A DNA stretch of 60,283 nucleotides from Alphaproteobacteria bacterium (GTDB lineage: Bacteria; Pseudomonadota; Alphaproteobacteria; CAAHEQ01; UBA3637): NCBI GenBank assembly GCA_045611665.1, contig JAZKXP010000006.1, positions 1-60,283 on the forward strand. Direction: 5' to 3'. A program made the position numbers and the translations under genes. The notes below the pieces were generated by a model. It saw nothing but the letters and a program-made list of their open reading frames with translations, ran no database searches and was not told the DNA's origin. Below are positions 36,215 to 45,750 of this stretch, one piece after another. Position 1 is the first letter of the stretch; every line of letters starts with the position of its first letter.

Positions 36215-37140
36215 TTTTTTAAATATGCCTTAATTTTATTTTTGACTTGTTTTTTGGTGGTTTTAAATGATTTTTTTAATCCTTGAATTTTAGCGGTAAT
36301 AAAATCTTTTTTGCGTTTGAGCGTTGTTTGTTTTGTGATACCTAACAGATGTTTTTTTTGATTTTTTGTTAAGTCCATTTGTTTGATGGTATCATTATAA
36401 ATACGATAAATTTCATTCCAATGTTTCCAGAAAATACATAATTTTGTTTTATCGGTTTTATGTGACAATGATTTTGGATAAATAATATATTTTGATAAGA
36501 TTTCATCTAAATAACAATAGGTGCCAAAGTAATTAACAGGAATTTGAATTTGAAAGTTTTGTCCTATTCGTGACGGATAAATTTTTAAGGTGGGATTTGC
36601 TGCTGCCAATTTTTTTGTTCGCATTAAATACCCGCATTGTCCAATCCAAGACTCATCTTGTAATAAATTCATCAGCATATTTGTTTTATCGGGATTTAAC
36701 CGAATTTGGTATAAGGTTTTTTCGGTATTTTCAGCAGATACAACATCATAGGGGTGATAAACAATGTCACATTCGGGATTATTTTTTAATGTATGGACCA
36801 ATTTTTCTATACGGGTTGGCAACATAATATCATCACTGTCAAATTGAGTGAAAAATTCACCTGTAACATATGGCAATCCTAAATTACAGGCATGGCCTAT
36901 ACCACCATTTTTAGGTGATTGAATATATGTAATTTTAATATTGTTTTTTTGTAAAATGGATTGCCACTGTTGAAAAATGCTGTGAGTTGTATCTGTTGAA
37001 GCATCATTGATAAAAATTAATTCAATCGGCCTGTATGTTTGTTTTAATAAAGAATTTAAAAAAATATCCATTGTTTTAGCGCCATTATAGCATGGAGTTA
37101 AAACGGATACTAAATTTTTTTTAAAATGATTTTTACTCAT
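36211..37140 (-). CDS. family 2 glycosyltransferase
   Basis: VSVLTPCYNGAKTMDIFLNSLLKQTY..IELIFINDASTD GT-A signature. Confidence 0.8.
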   Translation of the reverse strand: MSKNHFKKNLVSVLTPCYNGAKTMDIFLNSLLKQTYRPIELIFINDASTDTTHSIFQQWQSILQKNNIKITYIQSPKNGGIGHACNLGLPYVTGEFFTQFDSDDIMLPTRIEKLVHTLKNNPECDIVYHPYDVVSAENTEKTLYQIRLNPDKTNMLMNLLQDESWIGQCGYLMRTKKLAAANPTLKIYPSRIGQNFQIQIPVNYFGTYCYLDEILSKYIIYPKSLSHKTDKTKLCIFWKHWNEIYRIYNDTIKQMDLTKNQKKHLLGITKQTTLKRKKDFITAKIQGLKKSFKTTKKQVKNKIKAYLKN

Positions 37141-38176
37141 AGTAATCTGTTATGTCCTTGTGTGAATTAAATTGTGATAAACATGTATGATAAAAAGGGG
37201 ATGATATTCCGGATAACAAAGGAACAATTTGTGCCAGGCTTTGTTTTTTATGATATGGATTCCAACTGACAAAATTTTGATTTGATAATATTTCAAAATT
37301 ATCCGGCGTAATTAAATCAAAATAAAATCCGCCGGCATTTTTTTCACGGACCGTTATTGTCGGGATATCATGATTAATTAAATCCATGGCTGCATATCCG
37401 CCACGACAAACGGCTAAACAAAAATGATTTGTTTTTAAATAATCCGATACATCCACGAATCCGTCATATATCAAACGGTGCTGATGGTTAATTTTATGGC
37501 TGTCCGGTATTGGATAGCCGATACAATGTATTGTGTATGTTTTGGGTAAAATATCAATAATATCATTTAAAATATCATGTATGGGTGTTTGATTGGTCAA
37601 CATAAATAATATGTTATGAGAGGGATAAAATGTCGGTTTTTTGTTTGAAACGTTATAAGCGTTTTTAACTAACAGTGTTTTATCCAGATACCGGGGGAAT
37701 TTTTGTATAAACATATCGGCAAGCGGAAGGCTGACCGTGATGATTTTATCAAAAGATTTTTGGGGTGGACAAAATAATGAAACGGAAGGAAGACCGTGCA
37801 ATGTATAAAAGAGTTTTGTTTTGTTGGACAGAACGGGTAAATCGGCAATCCATTCAGTATAAAACGGGTGTATATCCAGTATGTCAAACCGGCAAAAAAA
37901 TAAAAAGGACGTTAAAATATTTTGTTTGAAAGGGATAATAACGATATCTTTAAAATAACCGGTTGGTTTTATTTTCATATCTTGTTTTTGTGTTTGAGTC
38001 AGCAAAACAAAATGGTATTTTTGATGGTATAAATTAACAATATGATTGATACGGGTTTCTAAGCCACCCCCTTTGAATGATTCGGAAACAATCAGGATTT
38101 TTTTTCTTTTGTTAAAGAGGGTATGTGTGAAACACCGAATGATTTGTCCGTAAATTTTAAAATTATCAAATACCAT
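37133..38176 (-). CDS. putative GT-B-fold glycosyltransferase
   Basis: N-terminal KILIVSESFKGGGLE resembles the GT4-type N-terminus. Within the operon, overlapping neighbours. Weak similarity only. Confidence 0.45.
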   Translation of the reverse strand: MVFDNFKIYGQIIRCFTHTLFNKRKKILIVSESFKGGGLETRINHIVNLYHQKYHFVLLTQTQKQDMKIKPTGYFKDIVIIPFKQNILTSFLFFCRFDILDIHPFYTEWIADLPVLSNKTKLFYTLHGLPSVSLFCPPQKSFDKIITVSLPLADMFIQKFPRYLDKTLLVKNAYNVSNKKPTFYPSHNILFMLTNQTPIHDILNDIIDILPKTYTIHCIGYPIPDSHKINHQHRLIYDGFVDVSDYLKTNHFCLAVCRGGYAAMDLINHDIPTITVREKNAGGFYFDLITPDNFEILSNQNFVSWNPYHKKQSLAQIVPLLSGISSPFYHTCLSQFNSHKDITDYYE

Positions 38177-38182
38177 AGGGGA

Positions 38183-39301
38183 TCAATCCAAATGCTGAGA
38201 TAAAATGGCTTCAATTTGTTGAGCAGCCGTTCCACTTCCATAGGGATTGAGTTTTTTGTTTAAGCGTGTATCGGCTTTACTTTGAGATAAAATATGACGG
38301 GCATTTGAGATGATTTTTTCTGTATCGGCACCGACCAATTCGGCAAAACCGGCTTCTACTCCTTCCATGCGTTCTGTTTCATAACGCATCACCAAAATGG
38401 GAACGCCGAAAGAGGGCGCTTCTTCTTGAATACCACCCGAATCGGTTAAAATTAATTTTGCCTCACGCATCAGACAAACCATTTGAGGATAGGTAAGAGG
38501 GGAAGTGAGAATAATATTTTCCCGTCCGGATAATTCGGCATGTACTTTTTCCTTTACGTTGGGATTGGGATGTACCGGTAAAATAAATTGATGGTCCGGA
38601 TAGGCCGAAGATAATGCCCAAATGGCCGCCAAAATATCATTCAGGCGTGATCCGTGATTTTCTCGGCGATGGACAGTACACAGTACCAGTTTATCATTGA
38701 ATGTAATCCCCTTTTCCGAAAGGGTATTTTTGGCGTCAAAGAGAGCTTCATCAGATAAACAGGTGAGGGCATCAATAACGGTATTACCGGTTAGATAAAT
38801 TTTATCGGCCTGTATATTTTCTGAACGTAAAGCATTTACGGCTTTTTGTGTTGGAGCGCAATGCCATGTTGTGATACGGGCCGTCATTTGACGCAGTGCT
38901 TCTTCCGGAAACGGTTCAAATAAGTCATAAGACCGGAGACCGGCTTCCACATGACAAACGGGTACTTTGTGATAAAATGCCGTTAGAGCCCCACATAGTA
39001 CGGTCATTGTGTCGCCTTGAACAATGACACAATCCGGTGGTGTTGTTTTGAATGTGTTATTTAAAGCCGTTAATATACGCGCCTGTATTTCCGTCAGAGT
39101 TTGATTTGGTCTCATACAGTCTAAATTCATATCGGCTTGAATATTAAAAAACTGAAGCGTTTGGTTAGACAGCTCTTTTTGTTGTTCTGTATTACAAACG
39201 ATAACTTGGTATTTTTCCGGATATTTTTTTAATTCTAAAATAACTGGAGCTAATTTTATAGCCTCAGGCCGCGTTCCCAAAATGATTAAAATTGTTTTCA
39301 T
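38183..39301 (-). CDS. wecB: UDP-N-acetylglucosamine 2-epimerase (non-hydrolysing)
   Basis: ILGTRPEAIKLAP, HVEAGLRS, TDSGGIQEEAPSFGVP motifs. Confidence 0.9.
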   Translation of the reverse strand: MKTILIILGTRPEAIKLAPVILELKKYPEKYQVIVCNTEQQKELSNQTLQFFNIQADMNLDCMRPNQTLTEIQARILTALNNTFKTTPPDCVIVQGDTMTVLCGALTAFYHKVPVCHVEAGLRSYDLFEPFPEEALRQMTARITTWHCAPTQKAVNALRSENIQADKIYLTGNTVIDALTCLSDEALFDAKNTLSEKGITFNDKLVLCTVHRRENHGSRLNDILAAIWALSSAYPDHQFILPVHPNPNVKEKVHAELSGRENIILTSPLTYPQMVCLMREAKLILTDSGGIQEEAPSFGVPILVMRYETERMEGVEAGFAELVGADTEKIISNARHILSQSKADTRLNKKLNPYGSGTAAQQIEAILSQHLD

Positions 39302-40544
39302 TTAATATCTCCTGTAATATATGATGCCACCGATTTCGCCATATTTTTTTAGAAAAGCATTGGCTGGTTTTTAGGGCATTTTGTGATAATTGCATTCGTA
39401 AGTTTGGATTTGACAGAACCAATTCTAAGGTTTCCAATAATTCTTTTGAATTCGGATTAATTAATAAACCGTTATAGCCTTGTAAAATCAAGTTGGGCAG
39501 ACCTCCGACATTTGTGGCAATAACGGTGTTGCCCGAAGCCATAGCCTCTAAACATGATAGGCTGGTGCCTTCGGAATGTAAGGTTGGGATGAGGCAAATA
39601 TCCGTATTTTGATAAACCTCAGGCATTTTATCACCTTCAACAATGCGATGGGAAATTTGATTCGGAAATTGGTGTTTTAACCTGTCTAAATCCTGCACGA
39701 TTTCTTCTTGGCAGGGAAAGCCTACAAATTCAAACAATACATCCGGATGACGAGACAGTAAAGTCGGTAAAATATCGGCGGTTTCCCAATACCCTCGTTC
39801 AATGGAACATCGTCTGGGAAAGGTTATTTTTACGGGATGATTTATTCTTTTAATCGGTTTGAAAGTGTCTAAATCTACGTAATTTGGAATGTAGTACATT
39901 TTTTTGTCGGATTGATAAACCGTCTGTGAAAATGTGGAACGAAACCAAGATAATGTGTTGGTATCTACGGATATAAAAGTGTCAGTCTCTTTTAAATAGA
40001 TATCATATAATTGTGTGATATTTTCGACATTTTTTTTGACGATATCCCATGTAATGCCGTGAGAAATTCGTATGTTTGGATGATTTAAGGGGCCGAAATT
40101 GGCAACACCCGAGTAAATGTATAACGCCGCTTTCGGTAATTTAGATAACATGTCGGCAATAAAGGCTGTTTCGTAAACGGGTATGCCGATAACGTTCAGA
40201 TTATTTTTGTTTCGAAAAAACGGTGCGATATCTTGATTGGCATTTTGCAATAAAATAGGGATATATCCCATATCTGTCAGCAATTGTGCTAAATCTAAAG
40301 CATACCGTTCTCCACCGCCCGAAAAAAAGTTTTCACCCCGAAAATCAAAAAAGGATTCTTGAATGATGTAAATGGCTTTATCTGTTTTTCCACCCGTTAT
40401 TGAGATTATTTTGTCACAAATCGGGTCGGCATTTTTCAGTAAGTATTTTTGAAAGGCTTTAAATTTTTTAAATCGTCTGTATTTTTTTAACGGACAAACG
40501 GCTGTTTTAAAGGCACGTTTATACCATGGTTTAGGCTTTTTCAT
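39264..40544 (-). CDS. family 4 (GT-B) glycosyltransferase
   Basis: C-terminal EGTSLSCLEAMASGNTVIATNVGGLP..I..G.NG is the GT1/GT4 E-x7-E region. Confidence 0.8.
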   Translation of the reverse strand: MKKPKPWYKRAFKTAVCPLKKYRRFKKFKAFQKYLLKNADPICDKIISITGGKTDKAIYIIQESFFDFRGENFFSGGGERYALDLAQLLTDMGYIPILLQNANQDIAPFFRNKNNLNVIGIPVYETAFIADMLSKLPKAALYIYSGVANFGPLNHPNIRISHGITWDIVKKNVENITQLYDIYLKETDTFISVDTNTLSWFRSTFSQTVYQSDKKMYYIPNYVDLDTFKPIKRINHPVKITFPRRCSIERGYWETADILPTLLSRHPDVLFEFVGFPCQEEIVQDLDRLKHQFPNQISHRIVEGDKMPEVYQNTDICLIPTLHSEGTSLSCLEAMASGNTVIATNVGGLPNLILQGYNGLLINPNSKELLETLELVLSNPNLRMQLSQNALKTSQCFSKKIWRNRWHHILQEILNENNFNHFGNAA

Positions 40545-41388
40545 ATTTTTTCCCCATTAATCCTTTGATAACGAATAAACCGTAAAATAATCGCCCCCAA
40601 AGGGGTGAAACGGTTAAAATTTTATCTTTACTTGTTTTGTCCTTTAATCGTTTGAATTGTTTAAATAAACTGACTGTTTTGGTATAAGATGATAAGTGCC
40701 ATTGAGACCAATAAGCCAGTTTTACTTCTAATGTTTTTTGTTGGACTTGCTGTTGTTTGGTTGCGGTTAAAGAGGATGAATTGTCACGATATTTATATAA
40801 GCAATCATTTAATTTCATAAAATGAATGCCGGCTGTGTATAAGCGCATCCAATATTCGTAATCTTCTGCACAAAATAAGTTTTCATTATATCCGCCCAAT
40901 GTATCGTAACATGTTCGTCGATATAAAAAACACGCTCCGATACAGCACCCGTTGTATAATGATTTTGGGGTTTTTAAACGGATAGTTTTTTTTGCGTTTC
41001 CTTGCTCATCAATGATTTGCATATCGGCATAAACAAAGTCGGTTTCGGGATGTGATTGAAAAGCGTTTATCATCACCTCAAACGCATTGGGCAGATATCT
41101 GTTATCATCACTGGTCCAAGTGAAAAAATCACCTTTTGCTTGGGCAAATCCTATGTTCAATGAGGCCGGTAATTTTTTATTAACCGCATTGGTTATGATA
41201 CGAATTCGATTATCTTTTTTGGCGTAATCTTTTAAAATATCGGCGGTTTTGTCGGTTGAACAATCATTGATGATAATCAGCTCAAAGTCCGCAAACGTTT
41301 GTGCCAAAATACTGTCAATGGATTCGGATAAAAATCGCATACCGTTATATGTCGGCAAAATAACCGATAGTGTCGGATTTTGTGTCAT
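40531..41388 (-). CDS. family 2 glycosyltransferase (first gene of operon)
   Basis: LSVILPTYNG..FL.ESIDSILAQTF.DFELIIINDCSTD; DDN motif. Confidence 0.8.
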   Translation of the reverse strand: MTQNPTLSVILPTYNGMRFLSESIDSILAQTFADFELIIINDCSTDKTADILKDYAKKDNRIRIITNAVNKKLPASLNIGFAQAKGDFFTWTSDDNRYLPNAFEVMINAFQSHPETDFVYADMQIIDEQGNAKKTIRLKTPKSLYNGCCIGACFLYRRTCYDTLGGYNENLFCAEDYEYWMRLYTAGIHFMKLNDCLYKYRDNSSSLTATKQQQVQQKTLEVKLAYWSQWHLSSYTKTVSLFKQFKRLKDKTSKDKILTVSPLWGRLFYGLFVIKGLMGKKYEKA

Positions 41389-41504
41389 ACTTTCCCCCTT
41401 AAAGTATTTACGAATATAATCGGATAGGTTATATGGGGGGTATCGACTGAAAAATCAATACTTTTGTGTAAAAAAAACATATATTTCAAACTCCCGTTTT
41501 TTGT

Positions 41505-41687
41505 TAAACAAAAACCACTTAAAAAGTGGTTGGAAGTTGAACACTACTTTAGCCAAATAGTACATCGTATTCGCCGGAACAACGACTTATTCAGATGTCT
41601 TCCAACCGTTGTTGGAAGTATTGATATCCTGTTTTTTCAAGATAGGCTAAAAAGAGGTGTTCAAACCTCGGGGCAAAAAATTACCTT
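41505..41687 (-). ncRNA. structured cis-regulatory leader RNA, copy D (upstream of glycosyltransferase operon)
   Basis: On the minus strand: GCCCCGAGG-TTTGAACA-CCTCTT. Loop TTGAACAC (plus-strand 41657-41664) is complementary to GTGTTCAA (41537-41544). Central hairpin CTTCCAAC-AACG-GTTGGAAG (41599-41618). 3' box ACTTCCAACC (41528-41537). Terminator AACCACTT-TTT-AAGTGGTT plus T run (41505-41531). Weak promoter TTGCAT/17 nt/TACCCT (41694-41722). Confidence 0.7.
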
Positions 41688-41793
41688 ATTCTCAGGGTAT
41701 CAAAAATTTTTTTAAGATGCAACATAAAAATAAAAAGATTGCATTTTATATGTTTTTTTGGCACACTGTTTTTTATCAGAAAAGGGCAATGAA

Positions 41794-42381
41794 ATGTTTG
41801 AACAATTGGAACAAATTCGTCAAAAATGTGCAGCATGTCAAAAGTGTGCATTGTGTCAAACTCGCACAAAATCCGTTTTTTCCGGTGGTATTCCAAATCA
41901 TAAATTGATGTTAATTGGTGAAGCTCCCGGTTTTTTTGAAGACCAACAAGGTGAACCTTTTGTCGGAAAAGCCGGTCAGTTATTGGATAAAATTTTTGAA
42001 TCGGTAGGCTTAAGTCGTCAAAAAGATGTGTATATTTGCAATACGATTAAGTGTCGTCCGCCCGATAACCGAGACCCTTTGCCTCAGGAAAAAGAGGCGT
42101 GTCGAGAGTATCTGGATGCTCAGCTTGATATTTTAAAGCCCAAAATTATTTTATTGTGTGGTAAGGTGGCTTTAAAATCCTTTGTTAATACAGATTTAGG
42201 TATTACAAAGGTGCGAGGTAAATGGTTTGATGGGCCAAACGGGGCTAAAATGATGCCGATTTTTCATCCGTCGTATTTGCTCAGAAATGCTCAAAAAACC
42301 GTCGGGTCTCCGAAGTGGTTAATGTGGCAGGATATTCAAGAAATTAAACGGGTCTATGATACGTTATCTGGTGGCGATTAA
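41794..42381 (+). CDS. udg: family 4 uracil-DNA glycosylase
   Basis: ORF track 41758..42381. ATG 41794 follows RBS AAAGGG. C..C..C Fe-S cysteines, GEAPG..ED..G.PFVG.AG, HPS. Confidence 0.85.
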   Translation: MFEQLEQIRQKCAACQKCALCQTRTKSVFSGGIPNHKLMLIGEAPGFFEDQQGEPFVGKAGQLLDKIFESVGLSRQKDVYICNTIKCRPPDNRDPLPQEKEACREYLDAQLDILKPKIILLCGKVALKSFVNTDLGITKVRGKWFDGPNGAKMMPIFHPSYLLRNAQKTVGSPKWLMWQDIQEIKRVYDTLSGGD

Positions 42382-42824
42382 AAAGAGTTAGCTGTTATTT
42401 TGTTGACATCACAGGCGGGCGGTAAAGTGTCTTCTTTCACTTTGACCAATTCCCCCGTTGGTGTTAATTCATAAAGGGTGAGGGTAATGGGATGAACATC
42501 CATCCACGAGTTGCCAAACTCACGTTTTTTGCGTACAATCCGAAATGGATTTGTGTAAAAGTCAAAATCTTGTACCATGCAGTCGGCTCCTTCCATCGTG
42601 TTAAAATTTTCTACAGAAATTTGATGCCATTTATTATCCCGAAAAACTTCCAATAAAAACGTATCGTACCCATGAGCGGTTATATTGGGACTATGTATAC
42701 GTGTTATGCGAATTTTTATGTTGTTTTGTGTCAAATCGGTTGTGCCGATCGGTATGTTTAACGGTTCGGCCCATACCACGGCAGACCACATCATCACACA
42801 TAATCCCAATAAAAATTTTATCAT
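42378..42824 (-). CDS. hypothetical secreted protein
   Basis: 148 aa with signal peptide MIKFLLGLCVMMWSAVVWA. No recognisable domain. Confidence 0.5.
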   Translation of the reverse strand: MIKFLLGLCVMMWSAVVWAEPLNIPIGTTDLTQNNIKIRITRIHSPNITAHGYDTFLLEVFRDNKWHQISVENFNTMEGADCMVQDFDFYTNPFRIVRKKREFGNSWMDVHPITLTLYELTPTGELVKVKEDTLPPACDVNKITANSF

Positions 42825-42895
42825 ATTTTACGAATACGTCATTTTAAACCATTTTTCGGGTTGATTTTTGTATGTGGATTTGCTAATCTGATTTT

Positions 42896-43077
42896 AAGGT
42901 AAGTATTTTGCCCCGAGGTGTCAGAACCTCTTAAAGCGCGTCCGACAGCGGACGAAAAATATACGCTTTCCAGCATTGGCTGGAGGGCGGCAAAATAGGC
43001 AGTAATGCTGAATATGCCCACTATTCGCTTTAATAGTTCTGAACTTCCAGCCACTTTTTTTATAAAGGTGGTTTTTT
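42896..43077 (+). ncRNA. structured cis-regulatory leader RNA, copy B
   Basis: Promoter TTGATT (42861-42866)/17 nt/TAATCT (42884-42889). GCCCCGAGG-TGTCAGAA-CCTCTT (42910-42932). Loop TCAGAAC (42921-42927) is complementary to GTTCTGA (43036-43042). Central hairpin CTTTCCAGC-ATTG-GCTGGAGGG (42966-42987). 3' box ACTTCCAGCC (43043-43052). Terminator CCAC..GGTGG plus T6 (43051-43077). Confidence 0.75.
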
Positions 43078-43108
43078 GTTGAATGATAACAGAAAGGGAA
43101 TGTTCAAA

Positions 43109-43555
43109 ATGAAAAACTTATTTTTAATCTGTGCTGTTTTATTCACTACACCTGTTGCATTGGCCGATGATATCACTACCGAAACTTGTGCGAATGGCGC
43201 CGGAACAGTTATTGTGGGAAAAAGCGGTACTCAATATTGCATGAGCAACAATACAATGAATTTTTGGAATGCTTATTCTTGGTGTGATTCTTTGGGGATG
43301 CGTTTTATTGATTTAAATACTGAATGTGGATGTTCATCATTAGTTGATTGTAATGGACCTGTAAATACAGCAGGAAAATGTCCTGAATTGGCAACGGGGG
43401 TGGATACAAATATTTATATTTGGACAACATATTCTCAGGGACAAAATCCCTTGCTGATGAGCATTAATAATGGTGAAATTACATCGTATTGGACATATCG
43501 TTCACACACATCAAATGGTGTTAAAGGATGGCCATATCATGCTTTATGTCGCTAA
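43109..43555 (+). CDS. small secreted Cys-rich C-type-lectin-like protein
   Basis: ORF track 43076..43555. ATG 43109 follows RBS AAAGGGA and gives signal peptide MKNLFLICAVLFTTPVALA. QYCMSNNTMNFWNAYSWCDSLGMRF...YHALCR. Paralog of 32934..33338. Confidence 0.7.
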   Translation: MKNLFLICAVLFTTPVALADDITTETCANGAGTVIVGKSGTQYCMSNNTMNFWNAYSWCDSLGMRFIDLNTECGCSSLVDCNGPVNTAGKCPELATGVDTNIYIWTTYSQGQNPLLMSINNGEITSYWTYRSHTSNGVKGWPYHALCR

Positions 43556-43617
43556 TTGTAAAAAAAACAACCCCGCCAAACCGGCGGGGCATTTCGCATA
43601 ACTTATCGTAAAATAAA

Positions 43618-43977
43618 TTATTCTTTGTCTTCGGTAATACGAGCGGCTTTACCGAACAAATTGCGCAAGTAGTACAATTTGGAACGACGGACTTTACCAC
43701 GACGAACGACTTCAATGCTGGCGACGTTCGGAGAGTAAATCGGGAAAATTCTTTCAACTCCTTCACCGAAAGAAATTTTACGGATTGTCATTGTGGAGTT
43801 CAAACCATCGTTGGAACGAGCGATACAAACACCTTCATACGCTTGTAAACGTTCACGACCTTTATCTTCAATGATTTTGCACATCACTTTAACGGTATCA
43901 CCAGCTTTAAATTCCGGAATGGATTTGTTCAATTTGGCGATTTGTTCGTTTTCCAATTGTTTAATTAAGTTAGTCAT
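43618..43977 (-). CDS. rplS: 50S ribosomal protein L19
   Basis: [12 protein letters not shown]....[11 protein letters not shown] matches the L19 N-terminus (ORF track starts 5 codons earlier, at 43992). Confidence 0.9.
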   Translation of the reverse strand: MTNLIKQLENEQIAKLNKSIPEFKAGDTVKVMCKIIEDKGRERLQAYEGVCIARSNDGLNSTMTIRKISFGEGVERIFPIYSPNVASIEVVRRGKVRRSKLYYLRNLFGKAARITEDKE

Positions 43978-43996
43978 GTTTTTACCTTTCATTTTA

Positions 43997-44677
43997 TTAT
44001 TTTTGGCAATAAGTTGTCCATAAATCAGGACGTCTTTGTTTAGTCATTTCTTCAGACATGTGCCGGCGCCATTTGGCGATATTGGCATGATGTCCGCTGA
44101 GCAGTATGTCGGGCACTTCACGACCTTGCCAGACGGCAGGTTTTGTGTATTGCGGATATTCCAATAATCCATTGGCAAAACTTTCTTCCGATAAAGAATC
44201 GGCATTTCCCATAACGGATGGAATTAAACGGATAACGGCATCTAACATTGTTAATAGGGCAGGTTCTCCACCACTTAAAACAAAATCGCCGATGCTGATT
44301 TCTTGAATGTTATATTTTTCAATAACGCGTTCGTCAATTCCTTCAAAACGGCCACAAATAAAGGTCGCTTTTTCCATATTGGCAAATGTATGGGCCATTT
44401 TTTGAGAAAAAACCTTACCACGTGGCGATAAATAGAAAATGGGTTCATCTTCATGGACCGAAGCAATGGCTTTATCCAATACTTCCGGTTTCATCACCAT
44501 ACCGGCACCACCGCCAAAGGGTGTATCATCAACGGATTTGTATTTGTCGGTTGCAAAATCACGAATGTTGATGACATTCATAGACCATTTGTTTTCAGCG
44601 AGTGCCCGACCAGCCAAGGAATATCCAAGGCATCCGGGGAACATTTCGGGATAAAGTGTCAAAATGTTAATCTTCAT
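43997..44677 (-). CDS. trmD: tRNA (guanine37-N1)-methyltransferase
   Basis: [15 protein letters not shown]..., [23 protein letters not shown] 44675-44677 follows a GGAGA RBS. Confidence 0.9.
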   Translation of the reverse strand: MKINILTLYPEMFPGCLGYSLAGRALAENKWSMNVINIRDFATDKYKSVDDTPFGGGAGMVMKPEVLDKAIASVHEDEPIFYLSPRGKVFSQKMAHTFANMEKATFICGRFEGIDERVIEKYNIQEISIGDFVLSGGEPALLTMLDAVIRLIPSVMGNADSLSEESFANGLLEYPQYTKPAVWQGREVPDILLSGHHANIAKWRRHMSEEMTKQRRPDLWTTYCQK

Positions 44678-45179
44678 CTGTATCTCCGTTAATGTCATGA
44701 GGGGCATTCAAACAAATCGTTTTATTTTGCATATCCACAACCGGAAAATTATCGGATGTAAATGCAAAATCCATTACTTTGCCGTTTAATAAAGTTATTT
44801 CCAAAATATCCGAAGCACCATAGTTGTTCACAGCCGTTACCGACCCGATTTTATCATCATTTTGCAAGACATCTAATCCCACTAAATCATGATAGTAATA
44901 TTCATCGGTATTTGCCACCGGTAATTTACTTTTATCGGCATACAGACGTTTTCCTCGTAAGGTTTCCGCCGTATTGCGATTGTTTACGTTTTTAACGCTG
45001 GCAATGATTGTTTCACCATGAACACGTGTGCCATACAACTCATAAATCGTCCCGTTATCATCCACGAACGGATTTAATTTGCCGATTTGCGCAGGGTTAT
45101 TCAAGAACGGTTTAATTTTTACCGCCCCTTTAATGCCATGCACATTGACAATTTGACCGACGAGGATTTTATTGGACAT
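44667..45179 (-). CDS. rimM: 16S rRNA processing protein RimM
   Basis: VG.IVNVHGIKG.VKIK and a PRC-barrel C-terminus. Position in rpsP-rimM-trmD-rplS. Confidence 0.9.
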   Translation of the reverse strand: MSNKILVGQIVNVHGIKGAVKIKPFLNNPAQIGKLNPFVDDNGTIYELYGTRVHGETIIASVKNVNNRNTAETLRGKRLYADKSKLPVANTDEYYYHDLVGLDVLQNDDKIGSVTAVNNYGASDILEITLLNGKVMDFAFTSDNFPVVDMQNKTICLNAPHDINGDTDED

Positions 45180-45190
45180 TTATTTATTCC

Positions 45191-45577
45191 TTATTCAGCT
45201 GGTGTTTCTGCGGCGGCAGCGGCAGCTTCGGCAGCGGCAGCAGCTTTTTCAGCCAATTCTCTCATACGTTCTTGAGCTTTTGCTTTCGGAGCGCATTTTT
45301 TGGTTTGTTCACGAATAGCCGGTTTTTCAGCTAAACCTTTTAAGGCAAACAATTTTTGAACACGTTCCGTCATTTGAGCGCCTTGAGCCATCCATTTTTT
45401 AGCGGCTTCTTCTTTGATAACCAAAGCATCAGCGTGATCTTTCGGTAATAACGGATTGTAATGACCTAAAGCTTCAATGAAACGACCGTCACGAGGACTG
45501 CGGCTGTCTGCGACAACAATTTTATGAACAGGGCGTTTTTTGGAACCACCTCTTGCTAAACGAATTTTTACTGACAT
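45191..45577 (-). CDS. rpsP: 30S ribosomal protein S16 (with Ala/Glu-rich C-terminal extension)
   Basis: [16 protein letters not shown]...[19 protein letters not shown]. Confidence 0.9.
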   Translation of the reverse strand: MSVKIRLARGGSKKRPVHKIVVADSRSPRDGRFIEALGHYNPLLPKDHADALVIKEEAAKKWMAQGAQMTERVQKLFALKGLAEKPAIREQTKKCAPKAKAQERMRELAEKAAAAAEAAAAAAETPAE

Positions 45578-45721
45578 ATTGTCCCTTTCTTTATTTAGTT
45601 TTTACATATTCTAAAGTATCATCAAAAATCATACAGTTATCGCCCCGGTGAGCGAACCATCGCCGAACGGGGTATCTCCATAGAGACTGAAAATAACATC
45701 AGCTTTTTGAAAGATAGGCCA

Positions 45722-45750
45722 ACTATACCCGATTTTTTTTCATAAGTCAA
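45722..45750 (-). promoter_or_regulatory. sigma70-like promoter of the rpsP operon
   Basis: On the minus strand: TTGACT (45745-45750), 17-nt spacer, TATAGT (45722-45727). Leaves a ~135-nt 5' leader. Confidence 0.5.

Noticed and set aside
36340-36375. A8/T8 homopolymer tracts in glycosyltransferase genes as slipped-strand phase-variation switches (also near 38100, 40970 and the C7A8 tract at 51621)
   Set aside because: Equivalent T8 runs occur in housekeeping genes (MoxR near 29870, DUF58 near 29415) and in intergenic regions of this AT-rich genome. There is no enrichment at 5' ends of surface genes, so this is not convincing without population data.
41505-41687. JUMPStart/ops (RfaH) element upstream of the glycosyltransferase operon
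   Set aside because: GGCGG-containing stretches occur only in copies A and B (GGAAGGCGGC, GGAGGGCGGC), not in D. No GGCGGTAG ops core was seen.
41464-41908. Three overlapping track ORFs (41464..41715 +, 41657..41908 +, 41681..41896 -)
   Set aside because: They cover leader RNA copy D and the udg promoter region. They are low-complexity and mutually overlapping with no RBS. The udg CDS proper starts at 41794.
42839-43054. 71-aa minus-strand ORF in the track
   Set aside because: It lies entirely within leader RNA copy B, antisense to it, with no RBS. The conservation pattern of the region is RNA-like (compensatory changes), not codon-like.
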